NCBI GenBank assembly: GCA_003557965.1
Contig: PWND01000166.1
Span: 1 to 47,993, forward strand
From: Bacteroidales bacterium
GTDB taxonomy: Bacteria; Bacteroidota; Bacteroidia; Bacteroidales; UBA7960
Direction: 5' to 3'
DNA length: 47,993 bases
Part shown: piece after piece, positions 27,133 to 37,100 of the stretch
Position numbering within the stretch: the first letter of the stretch is position 1
Layout: the number at the start of each line of letters is the position of its first letter
Made by a program: the position numbers and the translations under genes
Notes under the pieces: generated by a model
The model's database searches: none
Told to the model about the DNA's origin: nothing
The model's input: only the letters and a program-made list of their open reading frames with translations

Positions 27133-30039
27133 CTATTTTGAAAATATATCGTCTTCTTCAAACTCAATAAACTTGCCAAAAGTTTTTAAAGTCTCCATGT
27201 CTATCCTGTCTTTATCTCCAACAACACAAATTACAAAAGGATTTCCCTGGATGCTGTTTTTATAGAAATCTTCGATATCTTCAAATGACATAGTTTGGTA
27301 TTGTGAAACTTTGATTTTTGCAGGGTCGCTGTTAAATCCTCTTAGCTCCCAGAGCCTTGCACTTAAGCTTAAATTTCTAAAATCAGGGCGTGATGTAGAT
27401 GCTTTTTGAATTAATGCTTCTCGTAAAGTATTTAGTCTTTCAGGTTTTGATGGCATGTCCTCCAAGAGCTCTAAGTATATTTTTATTGCTTCTGATGTTT
27501 TATCACCCTGTGTTCCAATAAAACCTACTAAGTCCATAGGAAAACCTTTACGCACAGGAACCCTGTACTGTGCCCCAGTGGCATAAGCCATAGACCTGTA
27601 CTCTCGTATTTCCTGCATAACCAGCCCGGAAAACCCTCCTCCAAAGTAATCATTAAATGCATCAATCAAATATTCCTCTTCAGGATTGTATTCCGAACCA
27701 TGAGCAATTATATATATTTGGCTTTGTATAGCATTTGCTTTATTAACAAATAAAACAGTGTTTTCTTCATATCGCTTGTACATTGGATTATATGGAGAGT
27801 CTGATTCTTTGATGTTTTTTGCCAGTTGTGAATAAGGGTAAAACAGGTTTTTCGAACCATCTCTTTCATACTCTGTGGCAGAAAAATGTATATCTAGTGG
27901 ATAATCATACACTTTCATAAACTCTTGCGTCAAGTCGGAAACATCAAACCTTTTAATCTCCCTTAGAGAAGGACGGTCTAAATAAGTAGAACGTTCTCCT
28001 TTTCTTGCGTACTCAAGCAAAGCTGCACCTACACTTGCAGGATCAGCATTTTCCAGCCTTCTGTTGCCTCGTTCCTGGTTATAAATGGTTTTAACAATAT
28101 CACTATCAATTACCGGTTGCTTTAACATATCAAGAAATAATGACATAATCTCTTCGGAGTATTTTTCTAAACCGCGGATGTTTATATTAACATAGTTTTC
28201 ATTACTGGTAATGTAGTATGTACAGCCTTTTAGTTGTAACCTTTCCTTAAAAGTATTCATGTCCATATCCGGAGTTCCGGCATAATTCATCATTCGGCTT
28301 GCATATTTTAGCTGTGGATACTTTTTTTCTCCAACAAAAAAACGAAGATGCGCAGAAAACACATCATTTAGTGGGTTGCGATTAAAGAACAGGGTTGTGT
28401 GGTCATTAATTTTATATGTTGAAAAGTCATTATTTACATCAACAAACCTGTAATTTGGTTCAGATGCAGGAATTTCTTTAAATGTTTTTGCAAAAACAGA
28501 CTCGCCTCCTTTTGCGGGTTCTATAGGATCATAGCCTGGCTTATCAAGCTTTTCTTTTTTTGGAGATCCCATTCTCGATTGTAAAACTAAATAATCATCA
28601 GTAAAATACTTTTGAGCAACTCTAACTATATCATCCCGTGAAATCCTAGATACATATTTGTTGTACTGTAAAGCCTCATTTGCATCAATGCCTTCCGTAA
28701 AAGCTCTTGCTATTTGAACACCTCTTGAGTAAACATTTTCGGTTTGCCTTAAAAAGTCGGTAACTAAACTGTTTTTCACTGCCTGCAGGTATTCATCACT
28801 AAAGTCGCCATTACTTAACCTTTGTATTTCATTTAATACTAAATTTTCTGCTCTTCGGAATGGCTGAACAAAAATTCTGGGGACAAACAATGCCATAAAA
28901 GCACCATAGTCATTATATGCTAACTGCGGGAAGCCCATTACTGCCATAACACGGTTTTCTGTTGCAAGCCTGTCTAAAAAGCCGGTATTAGCACTATTCG
29001 ACAGCATGTTAATTGCTACATCAAGTGCAATTTTGTCAGGATGGTCATTTGGCACTGTCCTGTATCCGATTATCCCAACCCTTATTGGGCTTAATCTAGC
29101 CTTAACGCTTTCTCTGCCATTAAAACTTTCTTCTTCATAGTGTGGAAAATCAGGCACATCGCCCGCCCTTAAATTGCCAAATTTCTTTTCAATAATTGGC
29201 ATTACTTCTTCGGTTTTAAAGTCACCACTTAAAACCAGGGCCATATTATTAGCAACATAATATGTGTTGTAAAAATCATACATTGCATTTAGGGATGGGT
29301 TTCTCAGGTGCTCTACATCCCCAAGAATTGTTTGTTGTCCATAAGGGTGGTTCTTATAAAAGTTTTTATTAAACTTTTCAATTAAAGCTGTAGCAAATAC
29401 ATCCATATACCTGTTTTTTTCTTCATACACAACTTCAAGCTCTGCTTGGAATGCCCTGAAAACAGGTTCTTTAAACCGATGGCTATATATTTCTGCCCAT
29501 CCTTCAAATTGATTCGGTGGAAAAGTATTAAAGTAAAAAGTAATTTCTTCGCCGGTGAATGCATTTATTCTTGAAGAACCTATGCTTCGGAGCAAATTAT
29601 CCATTTCATTTAAAATAGCGTATTCACCTGCTTTTAGTGAATACTTGTTGATTTTTGCCTGTATCTCCTTTCTGCTTTCTGGATCATCAGTTTCCCCAAG
29701 CTTTTCATATAACTCATAGATAACTTTCAGGGCTGCATTTTCTGATTCAAAGTCAATTGTACCCATTTGCGTTGTGCCTTTAAATAGCATGTGCTCCAGA
29801 TAGTGCGCAATTCCTGTATTGTCAGCCGGGTCATGCTTCCCCCCTACTTTAACAACAACACCACCCATTACTTCGGGTTGATTTGGGTCTTCATTTAACA
29901 GAACTGTAAAGCCGTTATCCAGTACAGTTTTTTTAACTTTTAGAAACTCATTGCCCGATGTATTTGCGAATGTATTTGTGCTGGTTTGCACAAAAAAAAC
30001 AGCAGCAACAATTGCTGCAAAGAATAGTTTTATTTTCAT
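27133..30039 (-). CDS. M16 (pitrilysin/insulinase) family zinc peptidase, double-length
   Basis: 968 aa with a signal peptide and the inverted zinc motif HYLEHMLFKG (HxxEH). The length is consistent with fused active and inactive M16 halves. Confidence 0.88.
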   Translation of the reverse strand: MKIKLFFAAIVAAVFFVQTSTNTFANTSGNEFLKVKKTVLDNGFTVLLNEDPNQPEVMGGVVVKVGGKHDPADNTGIAHYLEHMLFKGTTQMGTIDFESENAALKVIYELYEKLGETDDPESRKEIQAKINKYSLKAGEYAILNEMDNLLRSIGSSRINAFTGEEITFYFNTFPPNQFEGWAEIYSHRFKEPVFRAFQAELEVVYEEKNRYMDVFATALIEKFNKNFYKNHPYGQQTILGDVEHLRNPSLNAMYDFYNTYYVANNMALVLSGDFKTEEVMPIIEKKFGNLRAGDVPDFPHYEEESFNGRESVKARLSPIRVGIIGYRTVPNDHPDKIALDVAINMLSNSANTGFLDRLATENRVMAVMGFPQLAYNDYGAFMALFVPRIFVQPFRRAENLVLNEIQRLSNGDFSDEYLQAVKNSLVTDFLRQTENVYSRGVQIARAFTEGIDANEALQYNKYVSRISRDDIVRVAQKYFTDDYLVLQSRMGSPKKEKLDKPGYDPIEPAKGGESVFAKTFKEIPASEPNYRFVDVNNDFSTYKINDHTTLFFNRNPLNDVFSAHLRFFVGEKKYPQLKYASRMMNYAGTPDMDMNTFKERLQLKGCTYYITSNENYVNINIRGLEKYSEEIMSLFLDMLKQPVIDSDIVKTIYNQERGNRRLENADPASVGAALLEYARKGERSTYLDRPSLREIKRFDVSDLTQEFMKVYDYPLDIHFSATEYERDGSKNLFYPYSQLAKNIKESDSPYNPMYKRYEENTVLFVNKANAIQSQIYIIAHGSEYNPEEEYLIDAFNDYFGGGFSGLVMQEIREYRSMAYATGAQYRVPVRKGFPMDLVGFIGTQGDKTSEAIKIYLELLEDMPSKPERLNTLREALIQKASTSRPDFRNLSLSARLWELRGFNSDPAKIKVSQYQTMSFEDIEDFYKNSIQGNPFVICVVGDKDRIDMETLKTFGKFIEFEEDDIFSK

Positions 30040-30130
30040 TTTGTATAAATTAACGTTAATAAATGTTTTGCAAGTTAAATAATATTTAGCTGTTTTATGT
30101 TACGCTTTAAAGTATTAAATCCCAAAAGTT

Positions 30131-30200
30131 TTAATCCTCATGAAACCCTCATACTTTATACATAAATATATGTTCACCATTGGCCGGTGAGGGTTTCATC
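30131..30200. repeat. Third copy of the hairpin element seen in the 1703/9734 repeats
   Basis: Arms are ATGAAACCCTCA (30140-30151) and TGAGGGTTTCAT (30188-30199), a perfect 12 bp stem. The flank ttaatcctcatg matches ttatcctgatgg of copy A, and the loop shares AACATATAT with copy B. Confidence 0.7.
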
Positions 30201-30233
30201 TGTACAAAACTTAATTAATAAAAATATCAGAAA

Positions 30234-33200
30234 TTAAGGCCCAAAGTAAATTTGTAATTGCAAGATTTCAAGGTCACCGCCCTGCGGGTATATACTTACC
30301 CAGTTACAATCATCACTTATCCACCTTCTTTGGGAGCTGATGTCTATTTTCATTTCCTGCACACCCTCTTCATTCCCCACGCCTACGGTGAAACCACCGA
30401 GCCTTGTTCCATCCCTGCCGTAATTAATAAACAACCTAATATTACGCTCACTTAAGTTTTCACCTCTAATTAGCAAATAACTTCCTGTTCTCCTTCTTTC
30501 AAAGGGTACAAAATAAAACCTTTTTTCAACATTATTTGAAATCACTTCCCTGATATTGGAAACATCTATAAAGCCTCTGCTGTAAAACTCGTCCATCTCG
30601 TCACTATCTGCCAGAAGTTCGTTTATCTCCATAATACGGTTTTGTGGATATTCCTCATTTGGCCTGACACTTAGGGCTTGCTGGTATGCGTCTCTGGCTC
30701 TGAAAAATCTTCTTTGATTAAAATATCTGTCGCCTGACTCTATCGCTGATGTATAATCAATAGATTCTTCGGCTTGCCCTGCAAGGATTCTTTCAATTTC
30801 TGCTATCCTCTCTCTTGGATATGCCTCATCTGATTTGGCTCTTAATGCCCTGTTATAAGCATCTCTTGCTCTTGGATAATTTTCCTGATTAAAGTATCTG
30901 TCGGCTTCTGCTACTGCATCCCTGTATGTTTGCTCAACACCTCTTTGGCGGGCAAGCAGCCTGTCAAGTTCTTCTATCCTGTTAAGCGGATATGATTCTT
31001 CGGGCTTGAGTTCGCTTGCTGCCTGGTACAAACTCCTTGACCTTTCGAAAGAACGCCTGTTAAATTGCCTGTCAGCATTTGCAATAGTTTCACGATATTC
31101 CTGGTCAATTCTTTCCTGCTCGGCAACAATATTGTTAATCATTTCTATTTGTTCCTGGGGGAAAGCTTCGTCCGGCTTTAGTTGCAATGCATTTTCATAA
31201 GCAGCTATTGCCCTGGAGTAATTATTATTGTTGAAAGCTTCTTCAGCATTGGATAATAATTCATTATATTGCATTTCAAGAGACCTTTGTTCTGCTAATA
31301 GCAAGTTTAATTCATCAATCCTGCTTCTGGGATATTGTTCTCCAGGCATAAAATCTCTGGCTTCCTGGTACAGAGTCATTGCTTCATCATAGTTGTTCCT
31401 GTTAAATGCTCTGTCAGCATTTTCAATAGCCTGATTATACCTTTGTTCAAGTTCCTGCAAATCGCTTATTAGCCTTTCAGCTTCATTGATTTTTGCTGTG
31501 GGGTATGGCTCATCCGGCCTTACGGCAAGAGCTTCACGATACTTAGTAATTGCCTGGTCATAATTTGCATTATTAAATGCATTATCCGCTTCAGTGATAA
31601 GGTTGGTATATCTCTCCTGTGCATCAATGTCGGATAATATTTGATCAATCTGCTCAATTCGTTCGCGCGGATAAGCATCATCAGGCTTAATATCCTGAGC
31701 TCTTAAATATGATTCTTTTGCGCTTTCATAATTGTTATTGTCAAACGCTCTGTCGGCATACGCAATAATTGTGTTATATTGCTCTTCAAGCCTGTTTTGC
31801 CTGTCAAAAATATCATTAATTTCAGTAATTTGCCTTCGGGGATGATTTTCTCTGGGCTTGAGCCTTGTAGCATCACGGTAAAGCCTTAAAGCCTCGTTAT
31901 AGTCTTCATCATTAAAGAATCTGTCAGCTTCTTCAATAACAGCCAGGTACTGTTGCTCAATATCTTGTCTTTCGAGCAAACCATCAATTTCATCAATTTT
32001 TTGTGAAGGATATCTTTCATTTGGCTTTAGATGTAAAGCTTCCTGGTATTTTGCTTTTGCTTGCTGCAGGTTGTTTTCACTTAGTGCCTGATCAGCCTGC
32101 TCAATGTATTCCTTATATCTTGCTTCAAGCTCAGCCTGATCCATTAAAATATCATTAATTTGAGATAACATGTCACGAGGATGCTCTTTATCGGGCTTTA
32201 TTTCTATAGCTCTTCGGAAATGTGCAGTTGCAACGCTATATCTTTCTGCCGTAAAGGCCTCATCACCCAGCGCTACTGCCCTGTTATAAAGAAAGCGGTT
32301 ATTTGAAATTTGCCTAATCAGCCTGTTGGAAAGCACAATTCTTTCTTTTGGGTAGGTTTCTGCGGGCTTCAGGCCTGATGCTTCAAGATATGCTGATAGT
32401 GCATCATGGTAATCTTGATCTTCAAAACTCTGATCACCCCGTGCTATAGCAGCATGATACCTTTCTCTTCTTTGCTGAGCAGTAAATAAGTGCCTGTTAA
32501 TAATTTCAATCCTTTCTTGTGGGTGCCTTTCTTCCGGCAAATAGGACAATGCTTCCAGGTAATATTTTAAAGCATTCTCATGGCTTAATATTCTGTAGTA
32601 ATTGTCAGCTTTTTCAACAGCTTCATTATACTTTCTTCTTAGTTCTCTTAATTCAGCAAGAATATTATTGATTTCAGCTATCCTGGCCCTGGGATGTTCT
32701 TCATCAGGTTTTATTTCTGTAGCTTGCTTATAAAAGCCTAATGCTGACAAATATTGAGAATCATCATAAGCCTCATCAGCTTGTCTAATTAATTCATCAT
32801 AGTTTCCGGCTAAATCACGCAGCTGGGTTTGTCTTTGCCTTAATGTTTGTACCCTTCCCCTAATGCTTGCATCTTCCGGGTCAACTGCTAGTGCAGCGTT
32901 CATGGCTTCTTCAGCCTCTTCGGCTTTGTTTGCAGCCAGCAATTCTTCTGCTTCAAACAAAAGATCTCTGATTTTTCTTTCTTTTGCATCTCTTTGTGCT
33001 AAAAGCTCATCTATAATTCTTATACGCTCTATCGGATATTCTTCTTCAGGGAATATTGCAGAAGCAGAAATATAGCTTTCTCTTGAAGCCCGCAGTTCTT
33101 CTTCGTCAAACTGATTATCAGCCCGGGCAATTAGCCTGTCGTAATTTTCTTTTTTGCGCAAATACTCATAAACCATTCTCTTTAAGCGGTTAGCAGTTTC

Positions 33201-33671
33201 CAGCCTTGAAGCAGTTTCTTGCTGGGCATAAGAGAACTCGCCTGTGTTAGGATTATATTCAATTCTTACCAACTCTTCATCAAAAAAGGATAAGTCAACA
33301 GCTTCTATATGCGTAAACAGGTCAACAACAAAGCTAAATTCACGATAAGTTCTTCTCGATGCCCTTTCAGGCATGTTTGTGTCAAAAGCTATTATTTTTG
33401 TAATAAGCCCCGGAGCTGAAAATTCTACAAAATATTCGGTATCATATTGCAAATAAAACTCAAAGCGCCCTAACATATTTGTGTTATGAGTCTGGGCAAC
33501 TGCTCCATCAACTATTACCCTGATGTTCCCATTTGTGATTGGCCTGTTATCCTGCTCCATACGCCCTATTACTTCAAGCACGCCCCTGGGTTGGCTGTAT
33601 GAGCCCGGAAGTTGCAATCCTATACAAGCAATAATAAATATTATTAATGCTTTTATAATTGATAACTTCAT
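30234..33671 (-). CDS. Secreted repeat protein: N-terminal carboxypeptidase-regulatory-like beta-sandwich, about 15 tandem TPR-like 56-aa repeats, and a C-terminal ~115 aa domain of unknown function
   Basis: 1145 aa with a signal peptide. The N-terminal block ...NGNIRVIVDG......NMLGRFEFYL..DTEYFVEFSAPG is beta-sandwich-like. The repeated signature is Y...I..AD..F....Y..A...Y..A...KP.E.YP..RI.EI..L. Confidence 0.8.
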   Translation of the reverse strand: MKLSIIKALIIFIIACIGLQLPGSYSQPRGVLEVIGRMEQDNRPITNGNIRVIVDGAVAQTHNTNMLGRFEFYLQYDTEYFVEFSAPGLITKIIAFDTNMPERASRRTYREFSFVVDLFTHIEAVDLSFFDEELVRIEYNPNTGEFSYAQQETASRLETANRLKRMVYEYLRKKENYDRLIARADNQFDEEELRASRESYISASAIFPEEEYPIERIRIIDELLAQRDAKERKIRDLLFEAEELLAANKAEEAEEAMNAALAVDPEDASIRGRVQTLRQRQTQLRDLAGNYDELIRQADEAYDDSQYLSALGFYKQATEIKPDEEHPRARIAEINNILAELRELRRKYNEAVEKADNYYRILSHENALKYYLEALSYLPEERHPQERIEIINRHLFTAQQRRERYHAAIARGDQSFEDQDYHDALSAYLEASGLKPAETYPKERIVLSNRLIRQISNNRFLYNRAVALGDEAFTAERYSVATAHFRRAIEIKPDKEHPRDMLSQINDILMDQAELEARYKEYIEQADQALSENNLQQAKAKYQEALHLKPNERYPSQKIDEIDGLLERQDIEQQYLAVIEEADRFFNDEDYNEALRLYRDATRLKPRENHPRRQITEINDIFDRQNRLEEQYNTIIAYADRAFDNNNYESAKESYLRAQDIKPDDAYPRERIEQIDQILSDIDAQERYTNLITEADNAFNNANYDQAITKYREALAVRPDEPYPTAKINEAERLISDLQELEQRYNQAIENADRAFNRNNYDEAMTLYQEARDFMPGEQYPRSRIDELNLLLAEQRSLEMQYNELLSNAEEAFNNNNYSRAIAAYENALQLKPDEAFPQEQIEMINNIVAEQERIDQEYRETIANADRQFNRRSFERSRSLYQAASELKPEESYPLNRIEELDRLLARQRGVEQTYRDAVAEADRYFNQENYPRARDAYNRALRAKSDEAYPRERIAEIERILAGQAEESIDYTSAIESGDRYFNQRRFFRARDAYQQALSVRPNEEYPQNRIMEINELLADSDEMDEFYSRGFIDVSNIREVISNNVEKRFYFVPFERRRTGSYLLIRGENLSERNIRLFINYGRDGTRLGGFTVGVGNEEGVQEMKIDISSQRRWISDDCNWVSIYPQGGDLEILQLQIYFGP
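30610..33150 (-). repeat. Intragenic tandem repeat array, about 15 units of ~168 bp (56 aa), degenerate at the DNA level
   Basis: I counted 15 occurrences of the (K/R)P.E.(Y/H)P..RI.EI(N/D) signature in the translated ORF. The spacing measured between two adjacent units is 56 aa. Confidence 0.75.
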
Positions 33672-34050
33672 ATTTGGTTATTATTAAGCGTTAAAAACTA
33701 TTTGTTTAAAACTGTTTTTACGATAAAAACCGGTAAAATGTTTAAGAAAATGCAAAAAAACAACATTAAGCATATAATATATCAAATTTAACAAGAAAAA
33801 ATCTTTTAACCTCGTTTTTTGGGGAAAAATGAGCAAATGTAATAACAAAACTATTGTAATATTTTAAAACAGCTTCATTTAGCCAGTAAGTGGAAACTGT
33901 TGTGAAAAAACTCTATCGCCTAATGCAATGGTGTGCTTAGCTTGCTTATCAGCCCATTATTATGGCATTAAGTGTTTGCGGCTAAGGGTTACCCCGTTAT
34001 TATTGAACTGTTATTTTCATTCAACCAAAGCAAAATATCCGCTATTTTCT

Positions 34051-34058
34051 TATTTTTG
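34051..34058 (+). promoter_or_regulatory. Candidate -7 box (TATTTTTG) for the macroglobulin-like gene
   Basis: TAnnTTTG match 122 nt upstream of the ATG at 34180. This is a motif match only. Confidence 0.25.
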
Positions 34059-34179
34059 AAAATGTTTTTTATAAGAAAAACATAAAAGAGCGCTTTTTTA
34101 GCTTCTGTAGTTTCTGAAATAATATTGAGCTAACTACTTATGCTTTTGAATAAAGTATTATAGAATTAATCTTTCGGCA

Positions 34180-37100
34180 ATGAAAATAAAGTATTTCACT
34201 CTGGTTGTGTTTTTTTTAAGCCTGCTTACTATTGCAAAAAGTCAGTCGTTAATAAAAAGCTCTCAAACAAGTCACTATACTTATATATATAAAATATCTG
34301 ACAGAGAAGCCAAAAGAGTTTATAGTAGAGGTTTTCAAATATTAAACAACTCATACTTTCATACAGTTGTTGACTCTTTTCCTACAGGTACTGACTATCA
34401 CGGCAACCTTGAGCCCGGGCACTATCTTAAGGCATATACTGAGGATAGTGGCTTAAATGTTAAAGTTTCGCAGGTGCCAAACTTTGATGTTAGAATTCTT
34501 AACAATAATACTGATTTATGTATTCAGGTTTTTGACTTGCAGGGGAATTTAATTAACGATGCTAAAGTTAGAATTGGCATGAGGAGGATTTCTTTTGACG
34601 AAAAAACTGGTACATATCGTCTTAAGCGATCAAACAGGGAGGGCATTTTGCATGTTAAACATAAGGGAGTATCAGGGTATTATGACCTTAGCAGGCAATT
34701 TAATAATTCGTTTTTTAATCGCAACATATCTCCTGTAGTCAATAGCTTTCCTCTTAGGGTTGTTTGGCGTCCTGCCAGGTACTTTGTCAGGCTTCCGTTT
34801 GATGGTATGATTTCTTTGTTAAAAAGAAATTCGTTTGGAACAATAGCAGAAACACATTCTTTTCTTTGGCGCATCAGGGTATTTGGTTTGTATTATTTAA
34901 TTGATGAAGCAATTGAGCTGTTTTATGATATCGAAGACTTTTTTATAGAAAAAATATTCTTTGGGCTTTTCGATAAGTCATACAATGGTTACTTGGTTTT
35001 TAATAAGCCAAAATATCGGCCTGGAGAAACAGTAAAGCTCAAAGCTTTTGTTGTTGATAAAAGAGGCCGGCCATTGAAGAAAGAACTATCACTTTATGTT
35101 CTAATTGATGGGAAAAGCCAAAAATTGTCGGATATTACTCCTTATACAAAAGGTGGTTATAAACATGAGTTTTATTTGCATGATACGTTAAACTTAAAAC
35201 TTGACAGAAAATATAATGTGTACTTAGCTTATAACAAGAACAGGGTTATTCGCGGAAGTTTTCACTATGAAGATTATGAGTTATCAAAAAAAGAGTTATC
35301 TCTTCGAACTTTATCACATAACCATTATAAAGGGCGTGATTTTAAGTTATTTATTACAGGGAGAGATGTAAACCAACTTAACATTCTTGATGGCAGGCTT
35401 GAGGTAATAATTACTCCAAAAAAGATAAGTGAGCTTTTTGAAGAAAAGGTTTTTATTCCTGACACATTATTTTATAGTGAAATCCCTTTAGACCCTGCAA
35501 AAGAAACGGAGTTACATATTAATGACTCAAACTTTCCAAAGGCTAATATGAGCTATAATATAAAAGTTACTTTGCTAACTTCTGATAATCAAAGACATGT
35601 TAAAAATAAAGATGTAAGATACTATCATAAAAAAGAGGAAATTGAGCTTGAATTACTTAATGATTCAATATTAGTTAATTACCTAAAAAATGGTTTGCGC
35701 ACTGAAAGCCAAGTGTCAGTATTTGCTTATGATAACTTTGGAAATGAATTATTTTTAAAGAAAATTACTACGCCTGCTACATTTCCATATAATTCATTTT
35801 ATAATACTTATAAAGCAAAAACAAATAATATTAGTGAAGAAATTATTCTTTCGTATCAGCCTTCGCTAATACAGCCCAAAGCATACAGAACACATAACAG
35901 TTTAAGTATAAGCGTTGAAAACCCCCGTAATCTTGATTTTACATACAACATTTATCGAAAAAACAAAGAAGTTGCGAGAGGGCATGGTAAAACACTGGAT
36001 ACTTTAATAAAAGCCTCTCGCAGACACGATTATGTAATTTCGATTAGATATGTATGGGGAGGAAGGGTCAGCAAGGAAAACATAAGAGCAACATATCGCG
36101 ACAAAAAGCTCAATATTAAAGTCAAGAAACCAAACCTGGTTTTTCCGGGTAAAAATACAGATATTGAAGTTCTTGTTACAGACCAAAAAGGACAACCAGT
36201 TGATGGTGTTGACCTTACTGCATATTCAATTACATCGAAGTTCGATTATTCCCCACCTGCAATACCCGATTTTAGCAGAACTTTCAGAAGCAAAAAGATT
36301 ATCAACAACTTTAGTATTAGTGAGTTTAGTGAGAACTCGTACAATACTTTAGAACTAGACTATTATTTTTGGAAGTCTTTAGCAAACATAGACACAATGG
36401 AGTATTACAGATTTTTATTCCCTGAAAAAGGGGTGTATATTAACAGTTTTAATACTCCGGATGGTATTACACAGTTTGCACCTTTTGTTTTTATAAACGG
36501 AACTTTACAGCCAGTGCATGTGATATATGTTGACAATATTCCGGTATATTTTAGCTGGTCAACTAACTTAAGGCCATATTCTTTTAAAATCCGGCCAGGC
36601 TATAGGAAAATCAATATACGCACATCAGATTATCTTATCAAGCTAAATCTTATAAACTTTTCCAAAGGAGAAAAAACAATAATCAGTGTAAACCCTGATA
36701 TTTCCAACAGCTTAATGGAGGTTGAAAAAATGCAACCGTACTTAAGCAAATCAGAAAGAGACATTCTTTCCAGATATGTTTTTCCATACAAATATAGTTT
36801 TGGTGACAGGTATGCGTACTTAGTTAATAGAAATAAAATACATTTTTTAAAGCCCGAAGTTAGAAGGTGGAACATGAGGCACGCAACACATTATGCTGGC
36901 CCTGTACACGGAACAACCAGGTTTAATCTTATGAGGCGATATTCTCATAGATTTAACCACGAACCATACTTTGAATATGGATTTAAGCCTAATCTAATTC
37001 AGATGCGCTGTATTAATCCTGATTTATATCCTATGCACCTTTACAACAAAGGCTCAAAAGTCCGGCTTAATGAGTATGTTTTGACACAAGAAAAAATACA

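Noticed and set aside
33928-34059. 43-codon Cys-rich small ORF (MVCLACLSAHYYGIKCLRL...) in the 508 bp intergenic region
   Set aside because: It has no supporting start context, conservation evidence or motif, and its composition looks like random translation of the GC-richer island.
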